A DNA stretch of 63,666 nt, filler included, from Octopus bimaculoides (Eukaryota), in the NCBI RefSeq assembly GCF_001194135.2. It is 6 parts of 6 records of this genome, joined end to end, with 100 filler letters (N's around TTAATTAATTAA, not from the genome) between each part and the next. Parts side by side here need not be neighbours in the genome. Positions count along the whole stretch, not along the records: positions 1 to 27,089 come from NC_069010.1; positions 27,190 to 43,528 come from NC_069000.1; 4 more parts are not named here. One strand, 5' to 3'. Every line of letters begins with the position of its first letter. The first letter of the stretch is position 1. Of this stretch, positions 23,235 to 34,930 are shown piece by piece. The notes under the pieces are model-generated. The model saw nothing but the letters and a program-made list of their open reading frames with translations. It ran no database searches and was not told the DNA's origin. A program made the position numbers and the translations under genes.

Positions 23235-23370
23235 TCACTTACTTTAACCTCCCTGAAAGGATGAAAGGTAGAGTTGACCTCGGTTTGATTTGAACTCCAA
23301 ATGTAAAGTGCCAGGACAAATACTGGGAGGTATTTTATTCAGCTCTGTTATGATTCTGCCAATGCGCAGC
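23235..23370 (-). mobile_element. SINE family B fragment
   Basis: gaaaggatgaaaggtagagttgacctcggtttgatttgaactc is the reverse-complement core and B box. Confidence 0.75.
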
Positions 23371-23670
23371 AACAGTCTTCTCCCTCTTAATTTATAGATG
23401 TAGTCTCAGATATTGAGGTGATTTATAACAAGATGGTGGTGTTGGTGGTGGTGTGTGTGCATGTATACACATGACTAGTTTAAAAAAATTGCTATGAATC
23501 GTGTGGTTTGGAGATCAATCTCACTCATTACAACCATGAGCCAGTGTTGTCCACCACTATAGCTTCATGTTGACTGAGGCCTTGTTAATGAAACTAATTA
23601 GTAGTTAGCAAGGAACTATATGGAAGCTTGTTGGAAGATTTACATAAAGATGATGCAAAAGTCTCTAGAA

Positions 23671-24021
23671 CGTAGGTTCTCAACTGGGGGTCCGGCCCTT
23701 GAGGGTTCATATAAAATTTTTAGGGGTCCACCCAACACAATAGTAAATTGGATATCCACAATAGTATTTTAAGAGCTCCTGAAAAATTTCTGCTTTAGAT
23801 GTATGTATTGGTGTGTATTGCAAGAAATATCTAAGTTTCTCTCTCTAGCATTTTACATAATTTAACCTACACAAGTTAATGTGTGAAAAGCAAAATAGGA
23901 GTTTTGAAAAAAGTTTCTGTAAAACTAGTTTTTAAACATTGAATTACCTATTCAACGGGGGTCCACCAGAATGAAATAATAATCAAAAGGGTCCATTGAT
24001 AAAAATGGTTGAGAACCTTTT
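23671..24021 (+). mobile_element. hAT (Charlie/Buster-type) MITE, 351 bp
   Basis: TIRs ..AGGTTCTCAAC / GTTGAGAACCT.. and an 8-bp TSD CTCTAGAA (23663-23670) / CTCTAGAG (24022-24029) matching the NTCTAGAN Charlie target. Confidence 0.85.
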
Positions 24022-24170
24022 CTCTAGAGTCTGTAGGATGATTGACATGTCCCTTTACCATTTAAATTATTTGTAAAATTTGAATTTTTTTTTTTTTTTT
24101 TTCCATTTTGTTAAAATTTTGGTTTCCTATATTTTTAATACCATCTGTATTATTTGTTTGGAACATCTTG

Positions 24171-24400
24171 CAGGCATGGCCGTGTGTTTAAGAAGCTTGC
24201 TTTGCAACCATGCGGTTTTGCGTTCAGTCCCACTGAACCAAGGTCAACTTTGCCTCTTATCCTTTGGTAGGGTGGTTGGAGGTCAATAGAAAAAAAAAAA
24301 AGTACCAACCCAGGTCTGTAGATTTGCAAAACTGTAAGATGTTCTGTGATTTTTGTTTTGGCGCTTTGCATTCTGAGTTCAAATCCTGTCATGGCCAAAT
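24171..24400 (+). mobile_element. SINE fragments (family A head joined to family B core, plus a second B head)
   Basis: gcaggcatggccgtgtgtttaagaagcttgc...cgttcagtcccactg then aggtcaactttgcctcttatcctttgg. Confidence 0.6.
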
Positions 24401-24559
24401 AGCTGCCTGGTGTAACGTCATCACCTAGTACATTGGGTGCCCTTTGCATATTCCTTTGTTGCAAACATTCGAGCCAAGTCTCTGGTGTGAGGATATTTTC
24501 CTCCTTCCTCCCAGACTCAGAGGCCTTGTAAAGAGTTATGATGACCTACAGGTTCTTGG

Positions 24560-24730
24560 TAAAGGGGCATCAGGTTCATGTAGCTGGAATATATCTCGGT
24601 TTCCATGATGTATAAGTGACTGGGAGTATGATATTCTCTATTGAGCAGGGCACTAGTCTGTTCAGTTACTCCCAGTACTTGGTTAGTACTCATTTTCTGC
24701 TGAGTGGTCTGGGAGCAACTTGAAATTTTG
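24560..24730 (-). mobile_element. V-domain-like SINE (family C) body, decayed
   Basis: gtactcattttctgctgagtggtctgggagcaacttgaaat and cactagtctgttcag match the reverse of 34696-34930. Confidence 0.55.
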
Positions 24731-25431
24731 AAGAACAACTTGCCACTTAGTGGTTAGAGTGTTGGGTTCACGTTCATAAAGTTGTGGTTTCAGTTTTCAG
24801 ACTGTTGTGTGTCCTTACATATATGCAAGGTAGATACGATAAAACAACAGCAAAAACAAAAAAAGTATGTGTGTGTGTGGGGGGGGGGTCAGTAACAGGG
24901 GGAAATAATCCACAGGTGCTTGCTCTAGAGTGCAGGAGTGGGGTGACTTCACTAAAGACTCGGGGGCTAGTAGTGGTTTCAAATTGGGCAATGGGTGTAC
25001 CACTCAAAATATCATCATTGCATTCCACTACTGACTTCTCCAAACAGGGCTGTTAAACGTTTCTGGCCACGTGACCCACCAATCTAAATCTCTCAGTTGA
25101 TAGCAGATGCCCTGCAGTAATTTGTAGGTTTATCTTTCTAGAACTTTGTTGCTCTGTGATCTGCCACTTGATTTTGAAGATGAACTGCAGGCTTCCTTGG
25201 TTGTATTAGATGTGGCAATAGCAAAAGACCCAGTTGGGTTGGTGTTATACCCAAAACATTGATAAATTTGTAGGAAGTGGATTGCTGAGACATAGCAAAA
25301 GTTTATCTTTAACAAAGACTGGGGCTGCATTCCAAGCTGGAATATGTCATTCTGCAACAATTATTCCTCTATGGGCCTGAAATGAGGCTTTACAGACTTT
25401 CATAGGTTTGTTGGTTTTGTTCAGATGAAAT

Positions 25432-25579
25432 TAGCTTCATGTTGACTGAGGCCTTGTTAATGAAACTAATTAGTAGTTAGCAAGGAACTGTATGGAAGTT
25501 TGTTCGGAGATTTACATAAAGATGATGCAAAAGTCTCTAGAACATAGGTTCTCAACTGGGGGTCCATGTGGCCCTTGAG
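25432..25579 (+). repeat. Recent local direct duplication of 23560-23703
   Basis: Near-identical about 145 bp containing a decayed SINE segment and the left junction of the hAT MITE. Confidence 0.9.
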
Positions 25580-25919
25580 TGTTTGTTAAGAATGTGTTCT
25601 TTGGTAGCATGTGAGCTGATGTAGTGAAGGTCGACAAAGTGAGGCTGTCAGTCCAAGGTGACTTGGGTAAGTTTTCATTTTGTTTTGTGAAAGGACTTTA
25701 AACCCCCCACCCCACCCCACCCCGAAAATGCTTCTGAGTGTGATTGGTAGCTGTGTCATGTTTTCATGAATTATTAAAAAAATTAATTATGTAGTGACAA
25801 GCAGATGTAAGACACAATCTCAGCCACCCAAGACTTAGCACAACATATAAGATGTGGCAAATAACATTGGGCTGGTACTCATTTTGAACAGGATCAATTG
25901 AAGCAATGTGAAGGATTAG

Positions 25920-26010
25920 TTGAAGCAGTGCTCAGGCATAATGCTACCAGGTCAGGAATTGATCCCACAACCTTATAATCATGAATCTGACACCTTAACC
26001 TCTTGGCCAC
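25920..26010 (-). mobile_element. SINE family C head fragment
   Basis: tgctcaggcataatg...ggaattgatcccacaaccttataatcatgaatctgacaccttaacc is a decayed reverse tRNA head. Confidence 0.55.
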
Positions 26011-26544
26011 GAATGTAATATTTAAGTTAGCTTTATCATCAATCCTGTGGTTCAGATATTGATTATAACTGTGGCACATCTGGGACTGATGCTTTCTGTC
26101 AGAGAGTTGTGTTATGATAGATTTGTGAGGGAAATTCAAAAGGTGCTATGTGAAAGCCTGACAATCAGAATGTGTGTGGGTCTCGGTGTGTAAATTTGGT
26201 TGAGCATCATGTTAATTAGACAAACGAATGAAGTTGATGTAATCAAGTAAAACTGTTGTGGATGCTGGTTCAGCATTGCTGGAGTCTCATTGCTGAGATT
26301 TGTGAAAGAATGTGAAAAAAGGAATGTGTGAGTATGTGTATGTATAGCCAATGTATGTGATAATACAGAAATGTATAGTGTGTATGTGTGTATATATATA
26401 TATTTAATATGTATGGAAACAGATCTACACATAGTTAATATACATGAAAAAATATATATGTATAGTGAACATTTATGATAATGTGTGTATATATAACATG
26501 TCTTAACATATTTATATATGTGTATTACTATATATATTATATTA

Positions 26545-26660
26545 TAGGACTGTGTGGATTAAGTTCGCTTCCCGACCATGTAGTTTCAGGTTCAGTCTGT
26601 GTGACACCATGAGCAAAGGTTTTCTATTGTAGCCTTGGGCTGACCAAAATCTTTTGCGCA
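26545..26660 (+). mobile_element. SINE family A head, decayed
   Basis: tgtgtggattaagttcgcttcccgaccatgtagtttcaggttcag...tattgtagccttgggctgaccaaaatc. Confidence 0.6.
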
Positions 26661-26902
26661 AATATGGTAGGCATAAACGGAAATAAGCTTGTGTTTGTAA
26701 GTTACTGAGGGAAAGGTGGCGAAGTCAAAGGTATTGATGGTAGTGGCATCTGAAGTCTGAATAGTGTATATGGCAGATGTGGTAGTGATGGTGATGGTAC
26801 TGTTGTTTATCATGCAGCTTTGCAATAAGTTCCAAGTCGACAAATTATATCGTTGTTTCGATGAAAATTGTTCATTGCTTGATAGGGCAGTTTTTAAGTT
26901 AG

Positions 26903-26933
<31 letters not shown>

Positions 26934-26939
26934 TATAAA

Positions 26940-27089
26940 TCAACAATTAATAATTTTTACCAAGCCCTTCGGTATGTAAGCACCATTATCGGTGGAGAAC
27001 TTATTTAAAAGTTCCCATACATTTATAAACATAATTAAGGGATCAGCAAGCATTTGCTTCACCATATACCGAAGTTCAGAAATAGCAGC
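26940..27089. mobile_element. Probable Penelope-like terminal-repeat fragment
   Basis: 27030-27089 is the reverse complement of about 53730-53790. It contains a decayed hammerhead-like motif at 26963-26992 (minus). Confidence 0.45.
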
Positions 27090-27189
27090 NNNNNNNNNNN
27101 NNNNNNNNNNNNNNNNNNNNNNNNNNNNNNNNNTTAATTAATTAANNNNNNNNNNNNNNNNNNNNNNNNNNNNNNNNNNNNNNNNNNNN
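27090..27189. other. Artificial scaffold join (44 N + TTAATTAATTAA + 44 N); same marker at 43529-43628, 48369-48468, 59920-60019 and 62103-62202
   Basis: Identical 100-bp architecture five times; the 12-mer places stops in all six frames. Confidence 0.95.
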
Positions 27190-27220
<31 letters not shown>

Positions 27221-28770
27221 ATTATAATAAATATTATATATATATATATATATTTATTCATTATAATAAATATTATATATATATATATTGATTATAATTA
27301 ATATTATAATCAGTAACTCTTATACGAGAAAAACATAAAGGCAGAGGTGGGGTGGGGAAGTACATATAGTAGTAATAGAATATATTGAGTGGCAGCACAA
27401 TATATGACGAAAGGAAAAGGAATACACCTAAAGGTAAAAATACCAGACTGTTACATCATAGCCTAAATAAATCAGCAGCAGGCACGTAGGAGTCCTGAAT
27501 CCTGTCCATACAAATAAATATACGTATAATGGACACGATAAAGTAATGTTTAAAATTTCTATTATATCCCCGGTGCTGAGGATATAATAGAAATGATAAA
27601 TGAAGGATAATATGATAAAATATTAAACGGACATTACTGAGAAAATATAATACCTATAAATCGGGTATCTATACTATAAATTAGATATACATACGATGCG
27701 AGCCCATCCTATCTATTAACATTAATAATTAAAATAACATTATACTAGCAACAATCGTAAATATAATTAACAAATATATAATTAACTGCTAAGTTATNNN
27801 NNNNNNNNNNNNNNNNNNNNNNNNNNNNNNNNNNNNNNNNNNNNNNNNNNNNNNNNNNNNNNNNNNNNNNNNNNNNNNNNNNNNNNNNNNNNNNNNNNNN
27901 NNNNNNNNNNNNNNNNNNNNNNNNNNNNNNNNNNNNNNNNNNNNNNNNNNNNNNNNNNNNNNNNNNNNNNNNNNNNNNNNNNNNNNNNNNNNNNNNNNNN
28001 NNNNNNNNNNNNNNNNNNNNNNNNNNNNNNNNNNNNNNNNNNNNNNNNNNNNNNNNNNNNNNNNNNNNNNNNNNNNNNNNNNNNNNNNNNNNNNNNNNNN
28101 NNNNNNNNNNNNNNNNNNNNNNNNNNNNNNNNNNNNNNNNNNNNNNNNNNNNNNNNNNNNNNNNNNNNNNNNNNNNNNNNNNNNNNNNNNNNNNNNNNNN
28201 NNNNNNNNNNNNNNNNNNNNNNNNNNNNNNNNNNNNNNNNNNNNNNNNATATATATATATATATATATAATCCAAGAAAGTTAGGGGTTGTGAATCCAAC
28301 CCACTAAGGAATAATATCTGTCCAATATACTGCCGGAAGGATACCCAATTACTATTACTGTAGTGTTTTTACTGATACGACATAATATGTCATGTGTTTG
28401 TATATTGTTTTTATTGTCCTCTTGGTTGAAAAATAAACAGGTAAATTGACATAATACAATGTCTGCAAGTTGAAGAGTACCACATATTCCCCTCCATTTT
28501 CTTATTGCTATATATATATTTATTTGGTAAACACTTTAATCGTTGTTTTCCCTATGGCGGTCAAGGTCTTCAATTTTGCCGCTACTAAGCCTATTCTATT
28601 CAACGTGTCTATCCCCTACTGTGTTCCTATGCGTCCTTATCATTCATATTTTTATTTTTTAATATATTAATTTTGGTATGTGCCTATATTTGTCTTATGC
28701 TGTTGCTTTTTATATATCTACACTGTTATTTATCATTTGTTATTTTTGTTATTTATCATTAAAGACACTG

Positions 28771-29278
28771 TGAAGGCGCATGGCTCAGTGGCTAGGGTAT
28801 TCGGCTGACGATCGTAAAGTCGTGAGTTCAATTCTCGGTGACGCTTTGTATCCTTATTTCACGCTGCTCCAGTTCACTTAGCTAGCAACAATGAGTAGTA
28901 TCTGTATTTCAAATGGCCAGCTTTGAATGTCGGGTGGGGGAACACTTCGGAAAGTATTTTTTGTCATGACTTAGCTTATGATATTATTTAACTGGCGTTG
29001 TTTGTCGAAAATAAGGTGAAGACGATTGGTTACGCAGTTACTTAATTTTGACTATTTTTAACACTTATGAAATCACGAAATTGGATTGAAAGCCGTTCAA
29101 AGAACAAGATTCTTATCAATGGTGATGATAATGGTGTTCCACTGAATCTCGCCAAGAACCACGTTAAGGCTACGCGTGTCTGTGGAGTGCTCAGCCACTT
29201 GCACGTTAATTTCACGAGCAGGCTGTTCCGTTGATCGGATCAACTGGAACCCTCGTCGTCATAACTGTCGGAATGCCA
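28771..29278 (+). mobile_element. SINE family C, split by an insertion of about 210 bp (about 28930-29140)
   Basis: tRNA head ggcgcatggctcagtggctagggtattcgg...gtgagttcaattc, then body. Tail ...gttgatcggatcaactggaaccctcgtcgtcataactgtcgg matches the reverse of 60620-60660 and 61358-61485. Confidence 0.8.
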
Positions 29279-29602
29279 GTTAAATAAGGAAACTACCAAG
29301 TCCGTATGTAACGGTGCCTAAGGCGCCATTAACTACTAGGAATGCTTTTGCATAAATCCTCCACAGTCTTTGCATTTCCTTTGCTTAGTCTTGGTATTAT
29401 ATCCTGTTCTTTAACCGCTACATTCATATCAGCAGACACACAGCTCCTCCATGATGACTGTGCACTCCTTTGACACAACGAATCTTGACGGCGTCAGCAT
29501 TTCAGAAACGGAAAGGAAATAACATGCTGCATGTTTGGACGTCTTAAAACGAGTCCTGTGAGTAGAGGTAATAGTATTAGTTGTGGTGGTAGTGATAATT
29601 GC

Positions 29603-29638
<36 letters not shown>

Positions 29639-29899
29639 TAAAATGCTCACGAGCTAAGGCAATGCAGTATTAGCTTATTTAATCCCCGAGAGCGTACAGT
29701 CACTGACTTTATGTGGCATAAATGGAGGATTAGCCATTAAATATGTCAGATAAAGAAATTAAGGAATTTTTACAACAGGGGCATAAAAAAGGGGGGAAAA
29801 AAATAAAGTTAGGTAGCTTAATAATGTTTCATTTTTGTGAGTGTTTCTTACCTTATGCACACTTCCCATATACCCGAACACACATATATATCTACACAG

Positions 29900-29935
29900 A
29901 AACGCACACACATACATACATATATATATATATGT

Positions 29936-29981
<46 letters not shown>

Positions 29982-30523
29982 NNNNNNNNNNNNNNNNNNN
30001 NNNNNNNNNNNNNNNNNNNNNNNNNNNNNNNNNNNNNNNNNNNNNNNNNNNNNNNNNNNNNNNNNNNNNNNNNNNNNNNNNNNNNNNNNNNNNNNNNNNN
30101 NNNNNNNNNNNNNNNNNNNNNNNNNNNNNNNNNNNNNNNNNNNNNNNNNNNNNNNNNNNNNNNNNNNNNNNNNNNNNNNNNNNNNNNNNNNNNNNNNNNN
30201 NNNNNNNNNNNNNNNNNNNNNNNNNNNNNNNNNNNNNNNNNNNNNNNNNNACATACACATATAATTACACACACACATATATATGTGTGTGGGTCTGTAT
30301 ATATACTGACGCCAGATACACCCACACATATGCGCTAATATACACTTACACGTGCACAAACTTACACATACACACACAATACATGCATAGATACATACGT
30401 ACATACATACACACATACATACACACACATAATACATACATATATACACACACACATAATACATACATACATACATATACATACATACATACATACATAC
30501 ATATACATACATACATACATACA

Positions 30524-30559
<36 letters not shown>

Positions 30560-30570
30560 TATATATATTA
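29900..30570. repeat. (TA)n / (TACA)n microsatellite block with gap
   Basis: Direct inspection. Confidence 0.95.
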
Positions 30571-30807
30571 GTTATGAATCATGTGATGCAAGCGATTCGG
30601 ATTCTGATACGTTTCTGTTGGAAACAGATATAAAATAACAGAATTTCATTTTCTCTGCTTGACCTGTAATCGTTATGCATTATATTGGTTTAAAGGTTGT
30701 TTAAGTGGGATACACAATTACACTGATAAGATATGGTAACATTTGGTGTGTATACATACTTACATTATATATACATGCATACGCACACACACAAACGCAT
30801 ATATATG

Positions 30808-30864
<57 letters not shown>

Positions 30865-31087
30865 TATGATTTTGCTTTGGTATAGCGATACTAATAACCG
30901 ATGGCTGGAACTACTACATACTCATGTTTTAGACTAAAGTGTTAGACGAGTACAGAGCGTGTTATCAATTAATGAATGACAAGGGAATAGAAATCATGTT
31001 ATCAATATCATTAGCTCACAGCTGTTTCTGTCATAAGAAGCAGTGCACTGAGTTCTGACTGCTTGCACAACATATTATACACATACA

Positions 31088-31309
31088 TACGAAGGGTGTG
31101 CTGAAAAATTCCTGGCTTTAAGAGTATCGCGAAAGACCTGGTTGGAGGCCCAGCCTTCAGAATTCTTTTATAGTACTTAGAAAAAGCGAAGAACCGCTGC
31201 AATAAGTGTGTGAATTTAAGAGAGGAAAATGCTGAATAAAATCATAATTAATTGATCCTCCTGCATTTTCTTTTACCTAAATTCAGGGAGTTTTCAGCAC
31301 CCCCTTGTA
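31088..31309. mobile_element. mariner-derived MITE (second copy)
   Basis: TACGAAGGGTGTGCTGAAAA ... TTTTCAGCACCCCCTTGTA; interior homologous to 13645-13863. Confidence 0.85.
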
Positions 31310-32299
31310 TGTGTATATGAACATATGAGGAATAGCTTTATTTTAAAACATATTAAAAACACAATTATGTCCTAATTTAATCTTTTTTTATTAACGTTTT
31401 CTCGTGTCTGTCTATCAGATCCTTATGGATCGTTTGGGACAATGAAGTTCCCGAATTCATTGTTATCAATGTTTCTGGACTCTCTCAGTCTCATAATCAG
31501 GATGTGAAATGCTTGTAGCTGCTGTGCTACTGTTTATTTATTTTTTTTCTGGATGGTTAACGTTTATACAGATTTTCCCGCAAGGATTTGACAACCGTCA
31601 TCACCAACATCACCATTACTACCATTACTACCATCACCATCATCACCATCACCACGATCACCATCACCATGACCACCACCATCTTCACCGTTACCGTCAC
31701 CGCCATCAGCATTGACACCACTACCACCACCACCACCACGACGACGACGACGACGACGANNNNNNNNNNTTATTGCATTTAAAAAAAATTTCTTACAATG
31801 TCGAAGTATATTAAACGTTAAAAAAATATTTTATAATGTTCATAAACTTCAATTAGCGCCTTCATATGTTCGTAGTAATCATCAAATTTCAAAATGTATT
31901 GACTGACCGTTGAGTTGAGTGCTTGACGACTGTAGTAAAATGACTGACTTTTTCTCCTTTTTATGCCTTTTAGAAGGCTCCGACAAAATAACATGCAGCT
32001 TAAAGGTCACGGTTTGCCAGGCGCACCGATATTACTGGCATAGATCACGCCTTTATTTTAACCAATTAGCTTGCGGTTTACATGTAATGGTTTTATGAGT
32101 GAGCAAACTTAGTTGGTTTCGATCACTTTTATTTCAATCGGTGGGAGTCTTCTGTAATTTGTTTATATTCGTATATTAAAGATATTTTAAAATCCACATC
32201 ATTAACTGGTTGTTATATTATTGTTGCTATTTCCGGTCAGAAGAGGCTTGAACATTTTAATGAAACGTTTTACTTTCATCTTTCTTCTAACCTCACTTG

Positions 32300-33010
32300 T
32301 GTTATGTAGTCTGTGGAAAGGAAAAATTGCAAACATTTTCTGACTACATGTTTCTAAATGTTCGCTCAATGAAATTTGGCGAACATTTGTGTACCGGAAC
32401 CTGTTGTCTGTGAACTTGTGAGCGTTCCGATAATGTATTCCCTGTCTCGCGAATGTATAGTTCCTCGCAATTAGGGTATTTAATGCAGACGATCAAATTT
32501 CTGCTTTTGCAGTTCATATCTGCATTTATGAAAATCTGTCCATTTTCTGTTCTAATGGATCTGCCAGTATGCATATATTGACACGTTCCACATCTGTTAT
32601 CATCACACTTGGATACTGTGAATGTTTTATCCTGTTTGTTCATGTTGAATTTTGCCTTTGTTGGTAATTTCTTTAGGTTATGTGGTTGCGTTTCGATTAA
32701 GATAAGCGTTTGTTTTTTTTATTTTTCACTTTGTTTCATTATTGGTTAATTTGTTTTGATGATAAAAATGTTTTGGTGATGTGGATTGTGTGTTACTAGA
32801 AATGGTATTGTGTTCCGTTGATGGGTTTGTCTTTCTCGTGTTGACCTAAGTTATTCTATAGATGTCTCTTTTGATCGTTGTATGCTATTTTCTATTAGTA
32901 GGAGAAGGTATTTTTGCTTGAGCAGAAATCCATTACGTTCTATAAGTCGTATGTTCCTAGTATTTGGATCATTCACTATAGTACAAATTTGCAGTATATT
33001 TGTACTCACA
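32300..33010 (-). mobile_element. Penelope-like element 3' coding fragment (RT thumb/linker plus GIY-YIG endonuclease), degenerate
   Basis: Translates to ICTIVNDP.., FLLKQKY..LIENSIQR, IPFLVTHNP, QPHNLKKL..AKF and C..RCGTC..MNCKSRNLIVCI..PNCEELYIRETG..L..R..HRQQ, the PLE Zn-linker/GIY-YIG pattern. Confidence 0.85.
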
Positions 33011-33078
33011 GATTCACAGACAACAAATCCGGAACACTAATGTTCGCCAAAGTGAACATATAGCAACCTATAGTCAGA

Positions 33079-33250
33079 AAATGCTAAGCGGCATTTCATC
33101 CGTCCTTACGTTCTGAGTTCAAATTCCGTAAAGGTCGACTTTAACTTTCATTCTTCGGAGTCGATAAAATAAGTACCAGTTGAACACTTGAGTCGATGTA
33201 ATCGACTTACATCCTCTCCTGAACTTGCTGCTGTTGTGCCAAATTTACAT
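33079..33250 (+). mobile_element. SINE family B
   Basis: gttctgagttcaaattccgtaaaggtcgactttaactttcattcttcggagtcgataaaataagtaccag... Confidence 0.85.
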
Positions 33251-33309
33251 CTACAGCAGGAGTCCTCAACCATTTTCTTTTTTTCTATAGACCTCTTTGA
33301 TTATTGTTT

Positions 33310-33605
33310 TATTCTAGTGGACCACCATAGCTATTTGATGTATAAAAAAAGTTTTATAGATACTTTTTTAAGATTCCTATTTTGTTTTCCACACATTAAC
33401 TTGTGTAGGGTTAACTATGTAAAATGTTAGAAAGAAACCCAGCTGTTTCTTGCAATACATACCAATACATACTTCTGAAGCGAAATTTTTTCAGGGGCTC
33501 TTAAAATACTATTGTGCATCCCCAGTTAACTATTTTGTTGCGTGGGCCCTCCAAAATCTTATATGAGCACTCAGGGTCCATATGGACCCTGGTTGTGTGT
33601 CACTG
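33310..33605 (-). mobile_element. hAT MITE, second copy (partial)
   Basis: Reverse complement of about 23671-23965; ends in a TIR-like gttgtgtgtcactg. Confidence 0.75.
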
Positions 33606-34376
33606 TTCTACAGCAAAAGTATATTGAGTTCTAACAACTGATTTTAAGTTTCGCTATGCCAAAGCGAAATCATAATACACACATGCACATAGATGTATAC
33701 GCACACATGCAAATGCACACATATGAGACGATAAGCTGCTAATGGAGATAACTCAGTGGCCAATAGCCTGTATTTGGACAACATAGATGAATAAATATAT
33801 ATTATGTACAAGAAAAATTCTTGAGTTATTGAAATTATTCTCGCTTTCAGAAAAAAATACGATTAACGCCTGGTGGCGATCGGGACCAACTCCAAATGAA
33901 AATGGAAGATAATGTCAAGTAACAAGACTGACATGCTATTACAGAAAAGACAGACTGACTGTTTGAAGAGATGAGAACAGCTGTGGACATGTGCTTTTGT
34001 CTAAAGTAGGCTTCGTCAGTACAGCTGTTCTTCTTCCTTATCTTTCCCAGAATAAGACGATTTGACAGATTCAAAGAAAGAAAGAAAGAGAACACATTTA
34101 TGGCCTAAGTAATTTGCATAAAAGAAACGAATATGTAACAAAGGGAAATAATTCAAAGTGGCCAGTGACAAATACAAATAAAGATATATTAAATAACATA
34201 CAAGCTAAATTCTTGATTCATTGAGATATCTCATGTGTGTGTGTTTGTGTGTGTATTTGGATGTGTATCTGTGTGTGTTTGTGTGTGTGTCTGTATATGT
34301 TTGTGAGTGTGTGTTTCTGAGAGTGTGTTTGCTGGTGTGTGTGTGTCTGTTTGTGTATATGTGTGTGTATGTTTGT

Positions 34377-34434
<58 letters not shown>

Positions 34435-34695
34435 TTGTAGAGAAGGATGGGCTGGACTAGTTTCAAGCCAGTGTTCGGATTTCATCAACAACAGCATATC
34501 CTTATTGACTTTCCTACAAAGGGCTTAAATAAACCGGATGGACCAATATATAAAGTATTCTTATGGGTTTTTTTAAGATTAAAATGTCTATCCTCGTTTA
34601 TCACGAGCGTTTGATTAAAAACGCACACACTGTGTTATAAGAATCAGTGATATCTGAATCAGTGAACGTATTAGGAAAAATAGGTTTCATTACGT

Positions 34696-34930
34696 GTGGA
34701 GGCGTATAGCTTAGTGGTTAGAGTGTTGGACTCATGACCGTAAGACTGTGGTTTCGACTCTTGGACCGGATGATGCGCTGTGTTCTTGAGCGAAATACTT
34801 CATTTCACGTTATTCCAGCAGGTAAACATGAGTAATCCTGCGACGGACCAGCGTCCCATCCAGATGGGGAATATACAGTATACAATACAGTATACAGGTT
34901 AGAGAAACCGGCAAAACGGTCCCATGCTCT
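34696..34930 (+). mobile_element. V-domain-like tRNA SINE (family C variant)
   Basis: Head ggcgtatagcttagtggttagagtgttgg...gtggtttcgactc, then gtgttcttgagcgaaatac and aatcctgcgacggaccagcgtcccatccag. Confidence 0.8.

Noticed and set aside
29743-30571. Long ORFs of YI/HT/CV/MY repeats (also 34218-34528, 39030-41105, 45838-46336, 47414-47873, 49097-49391, 53903-54237, 60406-60657)
   Set aside because: Translations of (TA)n, (CA)n, (TACA)n, (GA)n and (TAGA)n microsatellites; no coding signal.
31509-31782. His-rich or Thr-rich ORF
   Set aside because: Degenerate (CAC/CAT/ACC)n trinucleotide repeat without splice or domain context.
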